A stretch of 64,000 nucleotides of DNA from the NCBI RefSeq assembly GCF_030684315.1, contig NC_081387.1:10684822-10748821 (forward strand). Reading direction: 5' to 3'. Of the stretch, positions 1-11,081 are shown piece by piece. This stretch comes from Stegostoma tigrinum (Eukaryota). Below the pieces are notes generated by a model. It searched no databases. It was given only the letters and a program-made list of their open reading frames with translations, and was not told the origin of the DNA. The stretch's first letter is position 1. Each line of letters begins with the position of its first letter. A program made the position numbers and the translations under genes.

Positions 1-1065
1 TAAGGCATCAGAAAGTTTATGCAGAGCTTCAGATTTATCCGGATACTTTGCTCACGGTTTCATCGTGAGGAAGTTAGATCTTCCATCTTATCTACCGTTA
101 TTACCCATCTTAAGCAAGTTTCCGTTACAATGTCGACCCAAAACTTCTACTAATCAACCATCTGTCAACGAACAGCAGATTAACTACTTCCACAAAAAGC
201 TTCACTACTCCGAAGACCTTGACAGCCTCGTTATAATATATCGCGATACTCCTTAGTCTCACCTTTCACAGACTAATTTAGAAATCACTTTAAACAATGC
301 TAATTTGACCAGATTTGAGTCCCTGACTCATTTAAAGTCTTCAATACTCAGGTCCCTGACCTGTCTATTTTTGCCTCTCATTTCACAATGTTAGGGTCCT
401 CGACTCTAATCTGGATCCCCGATCCGTAGGTCCCAGACCATTAAATGGAGTCCCCGACTCCCTCTTTACCCATTTAAAATTTCCCTCATCTTTCCAAGAC
501 CGATGCTCTTTCGGGCTGGACTTATACTATAGGCAGCGAAGTTGGAGTCAACCGTTACTTTGAATGAAAGGAAAACCAGATGGAAAAAAATACTCACGTC
601 TGGCCGGCCGGTTCCTCTACACTCAATAGTGGAGGACTCGAGGCTCTTACACCGCTGTCCAAAATCCGTCCGTACCGAATCCGAATCACAGCACTGTATG
701 AAAATCTCCACTCCCAGTGCGGCCTCTCGTTCTGCAATCGGTCAGTGAGCACTCGCCGTTGGTCTGGCTGTTTAAGGCTTAACCCTTTATTTCTCAATAC
801 GGCCGGTTACAGAGCATCCGGAAACACAGGTTGAGCACTTCAGTATTCCTCAGAGGAGCTGAACACCACAGGTTAATACAAAGACATTGTTATATTTTTC
901 TTAAAGGAGGCTACAAGGTGCGATCATACAGTACATTCACACAATTGCTAATCAGTGTATAATAGTGCTTCATTGACGGTTACTAAGGCCAACTGTCAAA
1001 AAATTGTTCTCTCTACAGAGCTCTGTAATCTGATACTACTTCTAAAACTGCTACTGTTCCCTGCT

Positions 1066-1254
1066 AATAAAATGTGAGGCTGGATGAACACAGCAGGCCA
1101 AGCAGCATCTCAGGAGCACAAAAGCTGACGTTTCGGGCCTAGACCCTTCATCAGAGGGTGCTCCTGAGATGCTGCTTGACCTGCTGTGTTCATCCAGCCT
1201 CACATTTTATTATCTTGGAATTCTCCAGCATCTGCAGTTCCCATTATCTCTGAC
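1066..1254. mobile_element. Penelope-derived inverted-repeat (hairpin) insertion with hammerhead-like core
   Basis: Arms are reverse complements. The core CTGATGAAGGGTCTAGGCCCGAAACGTCAG is on - at 1154-1125. 13-bp flanking direct repeat ACTGTTCCCTGCT at 1053-1065 and 1255-1267. Confidence 0.8.
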
Positions 1255-1852
1255 ACTGTTCCCTGCTGTTTTGTTTCAGCCAATTACTAATGATCTATCC
1301 CCCTTTAATTTAAACCAGATTCAATAATACTTGCAATACAGCATTCTCTGCTTCACTTGTTCTGCCCGTACAGACCCCTGTTTTTTCAGAGCGGTATCCA
1401 CAGGATTCTCTGTCCTGCCCATTCAGCCCCTTGCTACCTGCAAGGCGGTATCCACAGAACTCTCTGCCCTGCCGTCCAGCCCCTCACTCCCTACGAGGCG
1501 GTATCCACAGGGACTTACTTACACCACGTGGAATTTTATTTCACCCGATCTTTTTCACTTATTTGTCCCTTATCCCACTGCGCAGTTTACTTGAACAGTC
1601 CTCCACGCCTCCTTCAACTTTAAATTACTCCCTGCTGTCTGGATCTTTGGGTCGGAGAGACCATTCGGCAGCTTCCCCACACTTCCGAGTCCCCGAGGAC
1701 CTCCCAAGCGAACAGAATATAGTCCGAATCAGAAGCAGAAATGCTTTTCTTTTGCTTTGGGTGCACCCTTATTCTGTCAGTTTCAGGAGTGTCCCCACCA
1801 GACCGGGAAGCGCCCTGTTACTGTCGCCCCTCTTCAGGTAGCTCTCTGCACG

Positions 1853-1870
1853 ACCCTGCTCATTGCGCAA
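1853..1870 (-). promoter_or_regulatory. Primer-binding site complementary to the tRNA-Ser(UGA) 3' end
   Basis: Plus strand ACCCTGCTCATTGCGCAA vs tRNA-Ser 3' end ACCCTGCTCGCTGCGCCA as recalled (15/18), 3 nt from the LTR terminal CA. Confidence 0.7.
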
Positions 1871-1873
1871 ATT

Positions 1874-2653
1874 TGTAGTGGAGAAACTACCAGGAGACGC
1901 GGAGAATTCTTCGGCAAGTTAAACTTTTATTTGCAAACAAAAGCTGTGACAATCAGAAAATGGTTTCCCGATTGCCCCCGAACCTCGGGCCTCGTTATTT
2001 TTTATACTTTTTAGTTATCACACTTTCTTCAAATTATCAGCATGCCCAATGGTATTAATTAGTAAACAACTTATGTCACTATGCTTAGATCATTTCTATC
2101 TCATGACAGAGAGCCATTGCACCTGCACTTGAAGGTCAGTTAGAGTGGTTAGTACCCCTCTATCTTATCAGGTTACTGCTGTATTCTGAAAGGCGCATTG
2201 TTTACGATCTTTCTTTGCAGCGGCCTGAGGGTTAGTGATTTACGTAGCTCGAGCAGAATTAATAAAGTTCGCAGCCTAGAAGCCATTTTGTTGCTAATTT
2301 GCATCGAGAAGCCATCTTGTGCCTGTATCCAAGTTTCTTATTTATTACTACATCTGCCTGAATGGTCCTTCGCCTCGGGTTGACCCCATTACGTCATGCT
2401 AGTCTTTAGTTCTATGTTACATGCTTTAATTAACCTAATTAAGCTGCCATTAATAGCTAACCTGGGTGTCCTACCTTTGTTTTACACTCCCTTGACCTAT
2501 GCTCAAGCACTTCATTCTGTTAACGTACAGCATTGTATTGATTATTGTAACACTCCATAAATCAGTACATCATCCTGCTGATCACTAAGATTTAACCCTT
2601 TGTCTGCCCCTATAATTTTAATTTCCATCTCTGTCTCGGTTGGATGCTCTTCA
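1874..2653 (-). mobile_element. 5' LTR of the ERV (right boundary approximate)
   Basis: Terminal CA at 1874 next to the PBS. On -, TATAAAA at 2006-2000 and AATAAA at 1931-1926 lie in U3-R-U5 order. Candidate TG start at 2653. Confidence 0.6.
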
Positions 2654-4446
2654 GAGGAATTGATCTGGACTTGAAAGATCAAATGACCTACTTCCACCCT
2701 GTGAGGATTCTATGGAAAGGAGGGCAAACAAATTCAGAGCTCCCCAGATGGAAATAGAGACAGCAGTTAAAATAACGAATAAAAAGTGTGCTGATGGCAA
2801 ATTAATAAGTCCAGTTGAGAACCAAAAGGAATATGAAAGGGCTGGGGGGGAGGTGAAAGATGTTGGAGAATCAAAGAGGGATGATGATAAAAGTCTGGTG
2901 GTCAACATGAAAGGGTGTCTTAGAGTCTTCTGCGGGGATGTCAATATTAACAGGGTGGTGAAATTAGGACTGACCAGGGCCCAAATGTTTTATACACATG
3001 GAGGCAGGAGGCATGACTGATGTGTCAAATGAACATTTTGTATCTTCCTTTATCAAGGGGGTGAAAGTGGCTTTGGGAAGCAGGACAATCTGTCAGTAAA
3101 GAGGTTCAAAATAGATCAGGATGAACTGTTCAATGGAATATTGATTCTTAATGTTGGCACCCTGGCCAGATAAGGTGTATTCAAGGATAGTGAAGGAGAG
3201 TGGAATTTTGCAAGAGCACTCGCCACGATCTTTGAGTTTTCCCTCAATTTGGGAGACACCCAAAAATTGGAAAAGTGCACCCTTATTCAAATAATCCTGG
3301 AAGACTGAGGCGTACAGTTATAAAAAAAATCAGTTTAAAGTTAGCATGGGGGAAGCTTGTAGAAACAATTATTCATAGCCAGACAAATAAAATGGCTGGT
3401 AGACAGCCAATGCACAACCAATGTGGAGTTCACAGCCAGTCAGACAGCATCTATAGGGAGTGATGTCAAGTTAATGTTCTGAGTCTAAATGACTCTTCAT
3501 CAGACCTGGAGTGAAGTGCAGAGGGGACAGCATTTATGCTACAGTTTGGGGAGGGAGAGTGTTGGGGTTGTGGAGTGTAGAGTGCTGGCTGAGAAAAGAT
3601 GTTGACAGTTCGGATTAAGTGGTCGGAATGTGAGAACGACAGTACAATAGTGTATCTAGTGCCAGACTTGAAAAAACAGATAACCCCTGTGAGGCGAAGG
3701 GAGAGGAGAGAGGATGTGGTGATTGAGAATGTAACAACCTAAAAGAAAGGGAAGGAATGGTTCACAAATTCGTACATTCTGATTGCTGACTCTGAACTAT
3801 CTGCCAGCACCCCACTCCCGCTACCCCCACCCCAACACCCAAACTGTAGCATAAATGCTGTCCCCTCCACACTCCACTTAGCTCTGATGGAATCGTCCAG
3901 ACTCGAAGCATTAGCTTGCTCTCTCTTCATGGATGCTGGCTGACCCACAGTGATCTCCAGTGCTGGTTGTTTTCAGTACAAGCCAGCATCTGCCACAATT
4001 TTCTCCCAGAATAAAAGTGGCTTATTTTTAGGGAAGGATTCTAAAGGGGAAATCATCTTTGACTAACACGCAAGAGTTTTGTTTTGAAGAGGTATCAGGT
4101 CGAAGAATTTTTGTTATTAGTTGTGGGGAGGAATGCAAGGGGAAGGTTCAGTCCTTTAAATACCCTTAACAGAAGTGGTGTGGAGTTGCAGATTTAGAAA
4201 CAATCTAGCCTGCTATTGGTAAGCCATTTGAATATGCACAATTGATGCCTTTGCACTCCTTCAAATTCATCCAGTGGATTGCTCGCACTCAGTTCGATTA
4301 TTCAGCACTGAGTTTATTTGACAACTTGCTGCATTCATGCATCCTTTAAAAATAGCGTATTTTAAAGATAGCCACCCTTGTAAAGCATGTTTCAATTAGT
4401 GAGGTCTGAATGTCCTTGTGTATCGGTATCCAGGCACAGTAAGTAA

Positions 4447-4948
4447 TTATTTCAGAATCCTCTCCCCATCACCCTTTTCTGATGAAGGGTCTAGGCCCAA
4501 AACGTCAACTTTTGTGCTTCCTACCTACTAACCTCATCCCACCCCCTTGACCTGTCTGTCCTCCCCGGACTGACCTATCCCTTCCCTACCTCCCCACCCA
4601 TACTCTCCCCTCCACCTATCTTCTCCCCTATCCATCTTCAGTCCACCTCCCCCTCTCTCCCTATTTATTTCAGAATCCGCTCCCCAGTCCCCTTTTCTGA
4701 TGAAGGGTCTAGGCCCGAAACGTCAGCTTTTGTGCTCCTCTGATGCTGCTTGGCCTTGTGTATCAGTATCCAGGTACAGTAAGTAACTATTTCAGAATCC
4801 GCTCCCCATTCCCCTTTTCTGATGAAGGGTCTAGGCCCGAAACATCAGCTTTTGTGCTCCTCAGATGCTGCTAGGCCTGCTGTCTTCATCCAGCTCCACA
4901 CTTTGCTATCTTGGATTCTCCAGCATCTGCAGTTCCCATTATCTCTGT
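4447..4948 (+). mobile_element. Tandem Penelope-like pseudo-LTR fragments with three hammerhead-like cores
   Basis: CTGATGAAGGGTCTAGGCCC(G/A)AAAC at 4479, 4697 and 4819, with a pyrimidine-rich tract matching the GIY-YIG-linked copy at 31290-31880. Confidence 0.75.
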
Positions 4949-5009
4949 GAAGTACATTGGATCTAGATTGATTCACAAGAGGAGACAGAGTCACCACCAA
5001 AATAAAGCG

Positions 5010-5321
5010 AATGGAATCCCTACAGTGTGGTAACAGGCCCTTTCACCCAACAAGTCCAAATAAACTATCAGAAGAGCACCGCCCCCATCCTTTCCCAGAA
5101 CCCCACATTTCCCAAAGCGGACACACCTAACCCGCACATCCCTGAACGGGATGGGCAATTTAGCATGGCCAATCCACCTACCCTGCACATCTTTGGACTG
5201 TGGGAGGAAACCAGAGCACCCGGAGGAAACCCACGCAGACAGTTGCCCGAGGGTGGAATCAAACTTAAGTCCTGGCACTCTGAGGCAGCAGTGCTAACCA
5301 CTGAGCCACTGTGCCACCCCT
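5010..5321 (-). mobile_element. HE1-type tRNA-derived SINE
   Basis: On -: GGGTGGCACAGTGGCTCAGTGGTTAGCACTGCTGCCTC (A-box), body TCCTCCCACAGTCCAAAGATGTGCAGG, CR1-like tail. Confidence 0.85.
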
Positions 5322-5675
5322 AAAATAAAGTGGCAGTTCTGTTTAAGAATAGGATAAGGACATTTTTCTTTGCTTTGTGAATCTTTCGAACTCTCTTTCT
5401 TGCAGGTAGCCTTTCTGAGACACAAAATGGTGGTGGGGTCAGTTTATTAGGGATAGATGGGATAACAGAGTCATCAGGTTGGCAGAATTGGATGGCCGGG
5501 TCGGTCCAAAGGGCCGAGTGGCCTAATTCTGTCCCCGTTTTGTATGTTTATATACTCCTATAGAAATGATTGATGCTACTGCTTGCTTCCAATTGTTGAA
5601 TGATCTGACGCAGGCTATTAGGTGAGGTCTCACAGTCCTATGGGATATGATTCCCTGCATCTATCTCACTAACAG

Positions 5676-5951
5676 GGATCCACTGGTTTCAGCTAATGAC
5701 TGGCTGTGACCTCCGGGAGGATGGCACCACAACTGGATTCTCTCAGTTTGGCTGGGACGGGCAAGATTACATGAAATTTGACAAAGATCACCAAGACTGG
5801 GTCACTACAGTACGGTGGGGAGAGAGCACGAAGAAATGGTGGGAGGACATCAGGGCGTGGAATAATCAGCACTGGAAGTATTACCTGGAGGAGGAGTGCA
5901 TTCACTGGCTGAACACCTACCTGGATTACGGACAGCAGATGCTGAGTACCA
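5676..5951 (+). CDS. MHC class I (non-classical) heavy chain, alpha2-domain exon
   Basis: Acceptor ctaacAG at 5675 and donor GTAAGT at 5952; 276 bp, phase 1/1. Translates (G)IHWFQLMTGCDLREDG...GWDGQDYMKFD...STKKWWE...YYLEEECIHWLNTYLDYG with C101/C164, DGxDY, T143, W147, Y159 and Y171 (HLA numbering). Confidence 0.95.
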
Positions 5952-6278
5952 GTAAGTGAGGGGTTAGGGACACTGAGAGTCGGTGAGCGAGGAAGGTGGT
6001 TGGGGGGAGTGAGAATCATTGAGTGAGGGACGGGGGAGTGACAGTAGGGGAGGGATTGTTGGTGACTGAGCAGGGTGTGAGAATCGGTGAGTGGCAGCCA
6101 AATTGAGGGGGGTGGAAGTGAGTGCCGGTGAGTGGGCGGTGACAAGAGTGTGGGTAAGTGGGGGGGATAATGGAGAAGAGTTGGTGAGCGAGAGTGGGGA
6201 GCGGGTGTGCAGGTCAGTGGGGGTGGGGGGGGGGTGGGTGGGGAGCGAGTGCCGGTCAGTGAGCAGGGTGTAGGTTGG

Positions 6279-7266
6279 TGCTACAAATCGGAGGGTAAAC
6301 CCCCTCCCCCAGAGAACTAAAACTGAAACACCCAAAGAGGAGCAGCTCGTGCCATAATCTGTAAAGGGAGTGTGAGAAGTCATGTAACCTGCTTCTCAGC
6401 AACTTCTAGTGCCTAAATAAAATAAATCCCTGTCACTCGCTTTAAAATTAACAAGTAACAGTTTATTTATCTAACTCTAACAATGAACAAATTAACAAAA
6501 CTATTAACAAATGGAATAAATCCTTTCTAACAACCAACTGTTCCTGAATAAAGCAAGATTCAAATGGTATTCTGTTCTTGTAAATATGATACTCAGTTAT
6601 ATATGAAAAGAAATTTAGTCTCTCGAAACAATAGCCAGGTTACAGGTCTTTTGGAATGTTCTGTGCCTTTTCCCTTGATTCTTTTGTCAGGAATGCTTTC
6701 TCTGTTGATTCTTCTGTCAGGAATATTAACAAGTTGTGCTGTTGGTAACATTATTATTTAGGTGGTGCTTTCCCTAAGACACAGAGGAGGCTTTGGGAGC
6801 CAATAATTCTCTCTCGAGCATTGAGGACCGTTAGCTTTGGCGGATGGCAGCTAGTTTTGGGATTTTTGTCTGACTGCCTCCTTTTTATACCCTTAATGGC
6901 ATATCAATATTTCTTCCAGTTGGATTGGTTCTATGTTCTCAAATCCATCAGACATAAATTTAATTGATTTTTGGCACCGAAGTATCTGGTTCAAATTGAT
7001 TTGGCTAAATTCAAAAGCCTGTTGTCTTGGTTAGCTTGGCCTGCTAACAGTACGGCCTTTTGATACAAATGTTTCAAGCTTGGGTGCTCTCTGTGTATTT
7101 GCAAATTTTCGCGCTGCTGTTCAAAGTTGTCCATTTTAAATCTCTAAGCAAATGTTCCTTAAAGGGGCTGCATAATGCTTCCACTCCTCCACCCCAGCAT
7201 CTTACAAATACCAAATTCTATCTTCCTGCCTCTTAATCCACAAGTACTCTGTCCAACTTTGCAACA
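6279..7266 (-). mobile_element. Solo LTR of a Gypsy-type retrotransposon in the MHC alpha2-alpha3 intron
   Basis: TG...CA termini; reverse-complement similarity to the LTR at 59711-60960. Flanks GTTGG and GTCAG are consistent with a CpG-decayed GTCGG target-site duplication. Confidence 0.75.
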
Positions 7267-7539
7267 GTCAGTGAATGAGGGCAGGGGTGTGTGTCGGTCA
7301 GTGAAAAAGCAAGAGGGTATTGGAAGAGGTGAAGTGGGGAGGTGAGAGTTGTTGAGTGAGGTGGGGAGGCAGTGGGAGTCAGTGCGGGAGGGGGAGGCGG
7401 AGGCGGGAGAGTCGGTGAGTGGGGGAAATGAGGTTCTAAATGGGTGGAGGCGATGCGAGTCAGGGAATGAGGGAGCAGTGAGAACCATGAACTCTCTCTT
7501 GATGCTTCCTGCACTGACTCCTGTTCCTCTCTCCCTCAG

Positions 7540-7803
7540 TTGCCCCCGCCGTGTCCTTTACCCGTCTGGGTGATTCTAACCGGCTGTCCTGTCTCGTTAC
7601 TGGGTTTTACCCCCAAGCCATCGAGGTGACCCTGTGGAGGGATGGAGTATTGGTTGATGAGACACTGTCCACTGGAATCTTACCCAATCATGACAGGACC
7701 TACCAGATCCGGAAATGGATGGAGTTTGATCCGGATGATCAGTCCGAGTATTCCTGTCGAGTGGAGCACACCGGGCTGGAGGACAAGCTGGTGGTGATTT
7801 TCG
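7540..7803 (+). CDS. MHC class I heavy chain, alpha3 (C1-set Ig) exon
   Basis: Acceptor ctccctcAG at 7539 and donor GTAAGA at 7804; phase 1/1. IAPAVSFTRLGDSNRLSCLVTGFYPQAIEVTLWRDG...ILPNHDRTYQ...YSCRVEHTGL carries the C-x3-GFYP, PNxDxTYQ and YxCxVxH motifs. Confidence 0.95.
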
Positions 7804-8729
7804 GTAAGACTGTTTCTCACTGTCTGAGAGGCAACCAGACTCTGGCTAGGATCGTGGGGGTGTGGTGGTGTGGGCCACTGCTAAGTTCTTGATTTAGGAC
7901 AGGCTAGTGATGGGATGGAGCGTGAGAAATAAACATTCACTTCCACGTGTCAACGATATCATACGATTTTTGGACAGTTGTGATTTTAGACTGTTAACCT
8001 AGGATATTGCAGTATGACATGAACCATTGTATCTTGGAGCCCTGTTAACAGACTGTAGCTGGTTGGTGAGATAGAAAGAAGTACACATATTTTCCTCTGT
8101 GCATAGAGTTTACTGTGTTGCTCAGTCTTGCCCCTCGCAATTCAGTTTCACAATTGCTCTGCTCACAGGAAATTGATATGAACCACGAGTTCCTCTTAAC
8201 ATGAACAATATGATTAACCATTGCCAGAATCCCTTCGTTAAATTTAAACTTTCATTGACCAGGTTTTCTAAAACCAAATTGAAAGGCCATGTTTTCTGTA
8301 GAATGGCATTCCACTCTACTCATCTTTCACAGAGCGAAAGAGCTCCTCTTTTCTGAGAGGGCGTACTGATCAGGAGTCTCTTTCAAAAATGCAGAGCCAA
8401 ACTTCCATTCTGATCAGCCCCTCAACTCATAGAACGGTTGACTGAGGGCAAGCCACTCTCCCATTTTCACAGCAGTGTTCTGAAACCAAATATGCTGCAC
8501 AAGAGACAGACACTATGATAAGCTGATACTAAAGGTTAAGTTTGTTAAGGCAAGTGTGGGGCTGGTGTGCAAAGGAAATAGGGTACAACTTAAGTAGGGT
8601 GTCATTTGGGAAAGAGATTTGGGAAGATTGGGTGTCAGGGGATTGAGTGGCATGTGAACAGGATGCCAAGTGGCTAAGGAGCTCGGGCATATGGGGGTCT
8701 AGGCAAGTGATGCAGTGGTTTGGTTGATT

Positions 8730-9200
8730 AGAGTCAAAGAGTTACGCAGCCACGGAAACAGACACTTCAGTCCAACTTGTCCATGGTGACTGAATATCCT
8801 AAACTGTTTTCATCCCATTTGCCAGCATTTGATTCTAACCCCTCGCAACCCTTCCGATTCACGTACCCAGCCAGATGCCTTTTAAATGTTGCAATTGTAC
8901 CAGCCTCCACCACTTCCTCTGGCAGCTCATTCCATATACACATCACCCTCTGCATGAAAAAATTGCCCTTTTGGTGTCTTTTAATTATTTCCCCTCTCAC
9001 ATTTAAATCTATGCCATCTAGTTTTGGACTCCCCCATCCTGGGGGAAAATACCTTAGCTATTCAGGGTATGCACACACCTTTAAGATCACCCTTTGATGC
9101 TCCAGGGAAGATAACCCCAGTCTATTTAGCCTCCTTCTGTAGCTCAAACCCTTCAATCCAGGCAACATTCTTGTACAACATCTTTCCATGCAGCAGTGAG
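8730..9200 (-). mobile_element. CR1 LINE 3' fragment
   Basis: Minus-strand reading FFMQRVMCIWNELPEEVVEAGTIATFKRHL is the CR1 ORF2 C-terminus, followed by a gactct-type tail. Confidence 0.85.
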
Positions 9201-11081
9201 ACCAGAATTGGAGATATTTTGTCCATCGGGTGAGGGTGGAGTAACATGTCATCTAGATTATCCTGGGGGCATTTGAGGACCAAGGGAATTGGGCCTGGAT
9301 GGCATGGGGAATCCGGTCTAATGGTGCATGCAGTAGACAGTGGATAGGATGGGGTTAGACGCACCTGGACAGGGGGTGGTGTTGCATGAATGTGTGAAGT
9401 GATGTCGCAGGAGGTGATATCGGCATTGGGTCAGGATTTGAGATTGTAAAGGGGCTGCCGGGAAGTGTATTTGAGGTGATCTGAAGCCTGTTGGGGAGTC
9501 AATATAATAGTTATCCAGGATTAGAATGGGTCTTTAATCTAGAATCATAGATACCTACAAGGCGTAAGCAGGCCATTCAGCCCATCGAGTCCACACCAGC
9601 CTTCCAAAGACCATCCAGCTCTGACCCGCCCACCCACCTTACCCAATCACTACCTTTCCCATGGCTAATCCTTGTCACCAGCACATCCCTGGACACTATG
9701 GGCAATTAAGAGTCTAACATTTCCTCTGAGTCCCAATTGAATTAACTGCAACAAAACCCTCCAAGTCTCTGATTTGTCTGGAGACTTTCAGAGGGTTCCA
9801 GAAGTACAGGAAATGCCCAGCAGAATCTTCAATTACCCGGCTCAAGTTATCATTGCTATGGTGAGAATTTGCGCCTGGTCATCAGTGCACAGCTCCCATC
9901 GAATGATCTGCCCAGTGGAAAGGCTGGGCTGAAATTGTCTGTCCACTCATTAATGAGTAGGCGATGCTCAGGGTCTGGGTGGGTAGTGGTGAAGTGGAAA
10001 TGGTATTCATGGTCACTCTGTGCCAATAGAGACAATTGGGTTAGGTTCTGGTGGAGGTGACACTGTGAAGCCTGAATCCTGAGGGTTGAGTCTGATGCCG
10101 AACCTGAGAAGGAGGAAAGTTTTCAGACCCGAAAAGAAGAGATTGTGGGCAGGGTTGATGAAGGGGAAATTGTTCTTCATACAGTAGGTGTTTAGAAGGA
10201 ATGCTTCTGGGCTTACGATGGGGAAGGGAGTTGGGAAGATGTGTGCCTGTGCGTGTCTGTGTTGAAGTGTGTGTTCATGTGCCTGTGTCCTGTACACTTA
10301 CCTATGTGTATTCATATTGATGTGTATCTGCGCAGTGGTCGTGTCTCTGCTTGTGTGTGTGTGTGTTTGTGTCTGTGTATGTATGCACACTCGCACGCAT
10401 CAATGTGTGTCAATGTCAGTTTGCTGCATCTGTCAGTGCAGAGCTTCAAGGGAGCAGCAGGGTTGAGGGTTCGGACTATAAGAATCTGGAATGTAAAGGG
10501 GCTGCCGGGAAGTGTATTTTGAATGACTTTTATCGGACCAAGAGAAGCCTCTTTGATCGTGCTCACGTTCTTTCGTATCTGCCTGTGGTTTATTCGTTCC
10601 CCTTCTTCCCAGTCATGAAAAGCTCATTAGAGACGCTATCTGCCGTTCCGAACCAACCCAAAGCCCCTCTTCTGGGCTCAGCAGCGAATTCCATCAGCAC
10701 AGGCCTCTGGTTTCAATCCATGCAAACTCCTACTGCCGTCTGCACCTTTGGCGCAATCTCTCTCTTATTTTCTTCCACCCAGTGTTGGTCACTGTGAGAG
10801 GGATAAAATTGGGTCATTGTAATAAACCTGTCTGGAACCTTGGTTAGATTGCACTTAGATTCAATTGTGAAGATATAGTTAATGTGTAATTCAAACATAA
10901 CAAAAGTATGGAGACACTGGAAGGGGTGTAGAGAATGTGTACAGTGGTAACAGGAATGTGTGGATCTAAATATCAGGACACCATTAACATTCTCAGTCTG
11001 TTCTCTTTCAGGAGCAGATTGGTAATAGAGGCCATTAAAATAACAAAATGTTTTGTTAGCGTGGTGTCTTGGATCACAACA

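Larger units (their letters stand above)
1..1873 (-). mobile_element. Endogenous retrovirus, 5' internal region (PBS, leader, degenerate gag start); continues off the left edge
   Basis: On -, the LTR end ...CTACA at 1874 is followed by a tRNA-Ser-like PBS (1870-1853), splice-donor-like GTAAGT (1522-1513), three ~54-bp leader repeats, and ATG GGT AAT (MGN-, myristoylation-like start) at 108 with a disrupted frame (..AKYPDKSEALHKLSDAL). Confidence 0.65.

Noticed and set aside
1391-1511. Regularly spaced 13-bp repeats resembling a CRISPR array
   Set aside because: The context is eukaryotic and the spacers are similar to each other. These are tandem repeats in a retroviral leader.
2654-5675. Possible MHC alpha1 exon
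   Set aside because: No ~260-270 bp phase-1 exon with alpha1 motifs was seen. The interval is explained by CR1, Penelope and SINE fragments.
5693-6383. Pro/Ser/Thr-rich minus-strand ORFs (also 7159-7514, and plus-strand 17451-17834 and 31368-31970)
   Set aside because: They are artefacts of G-rich low-complexity DNA or Penelope pyrimidine tracts.
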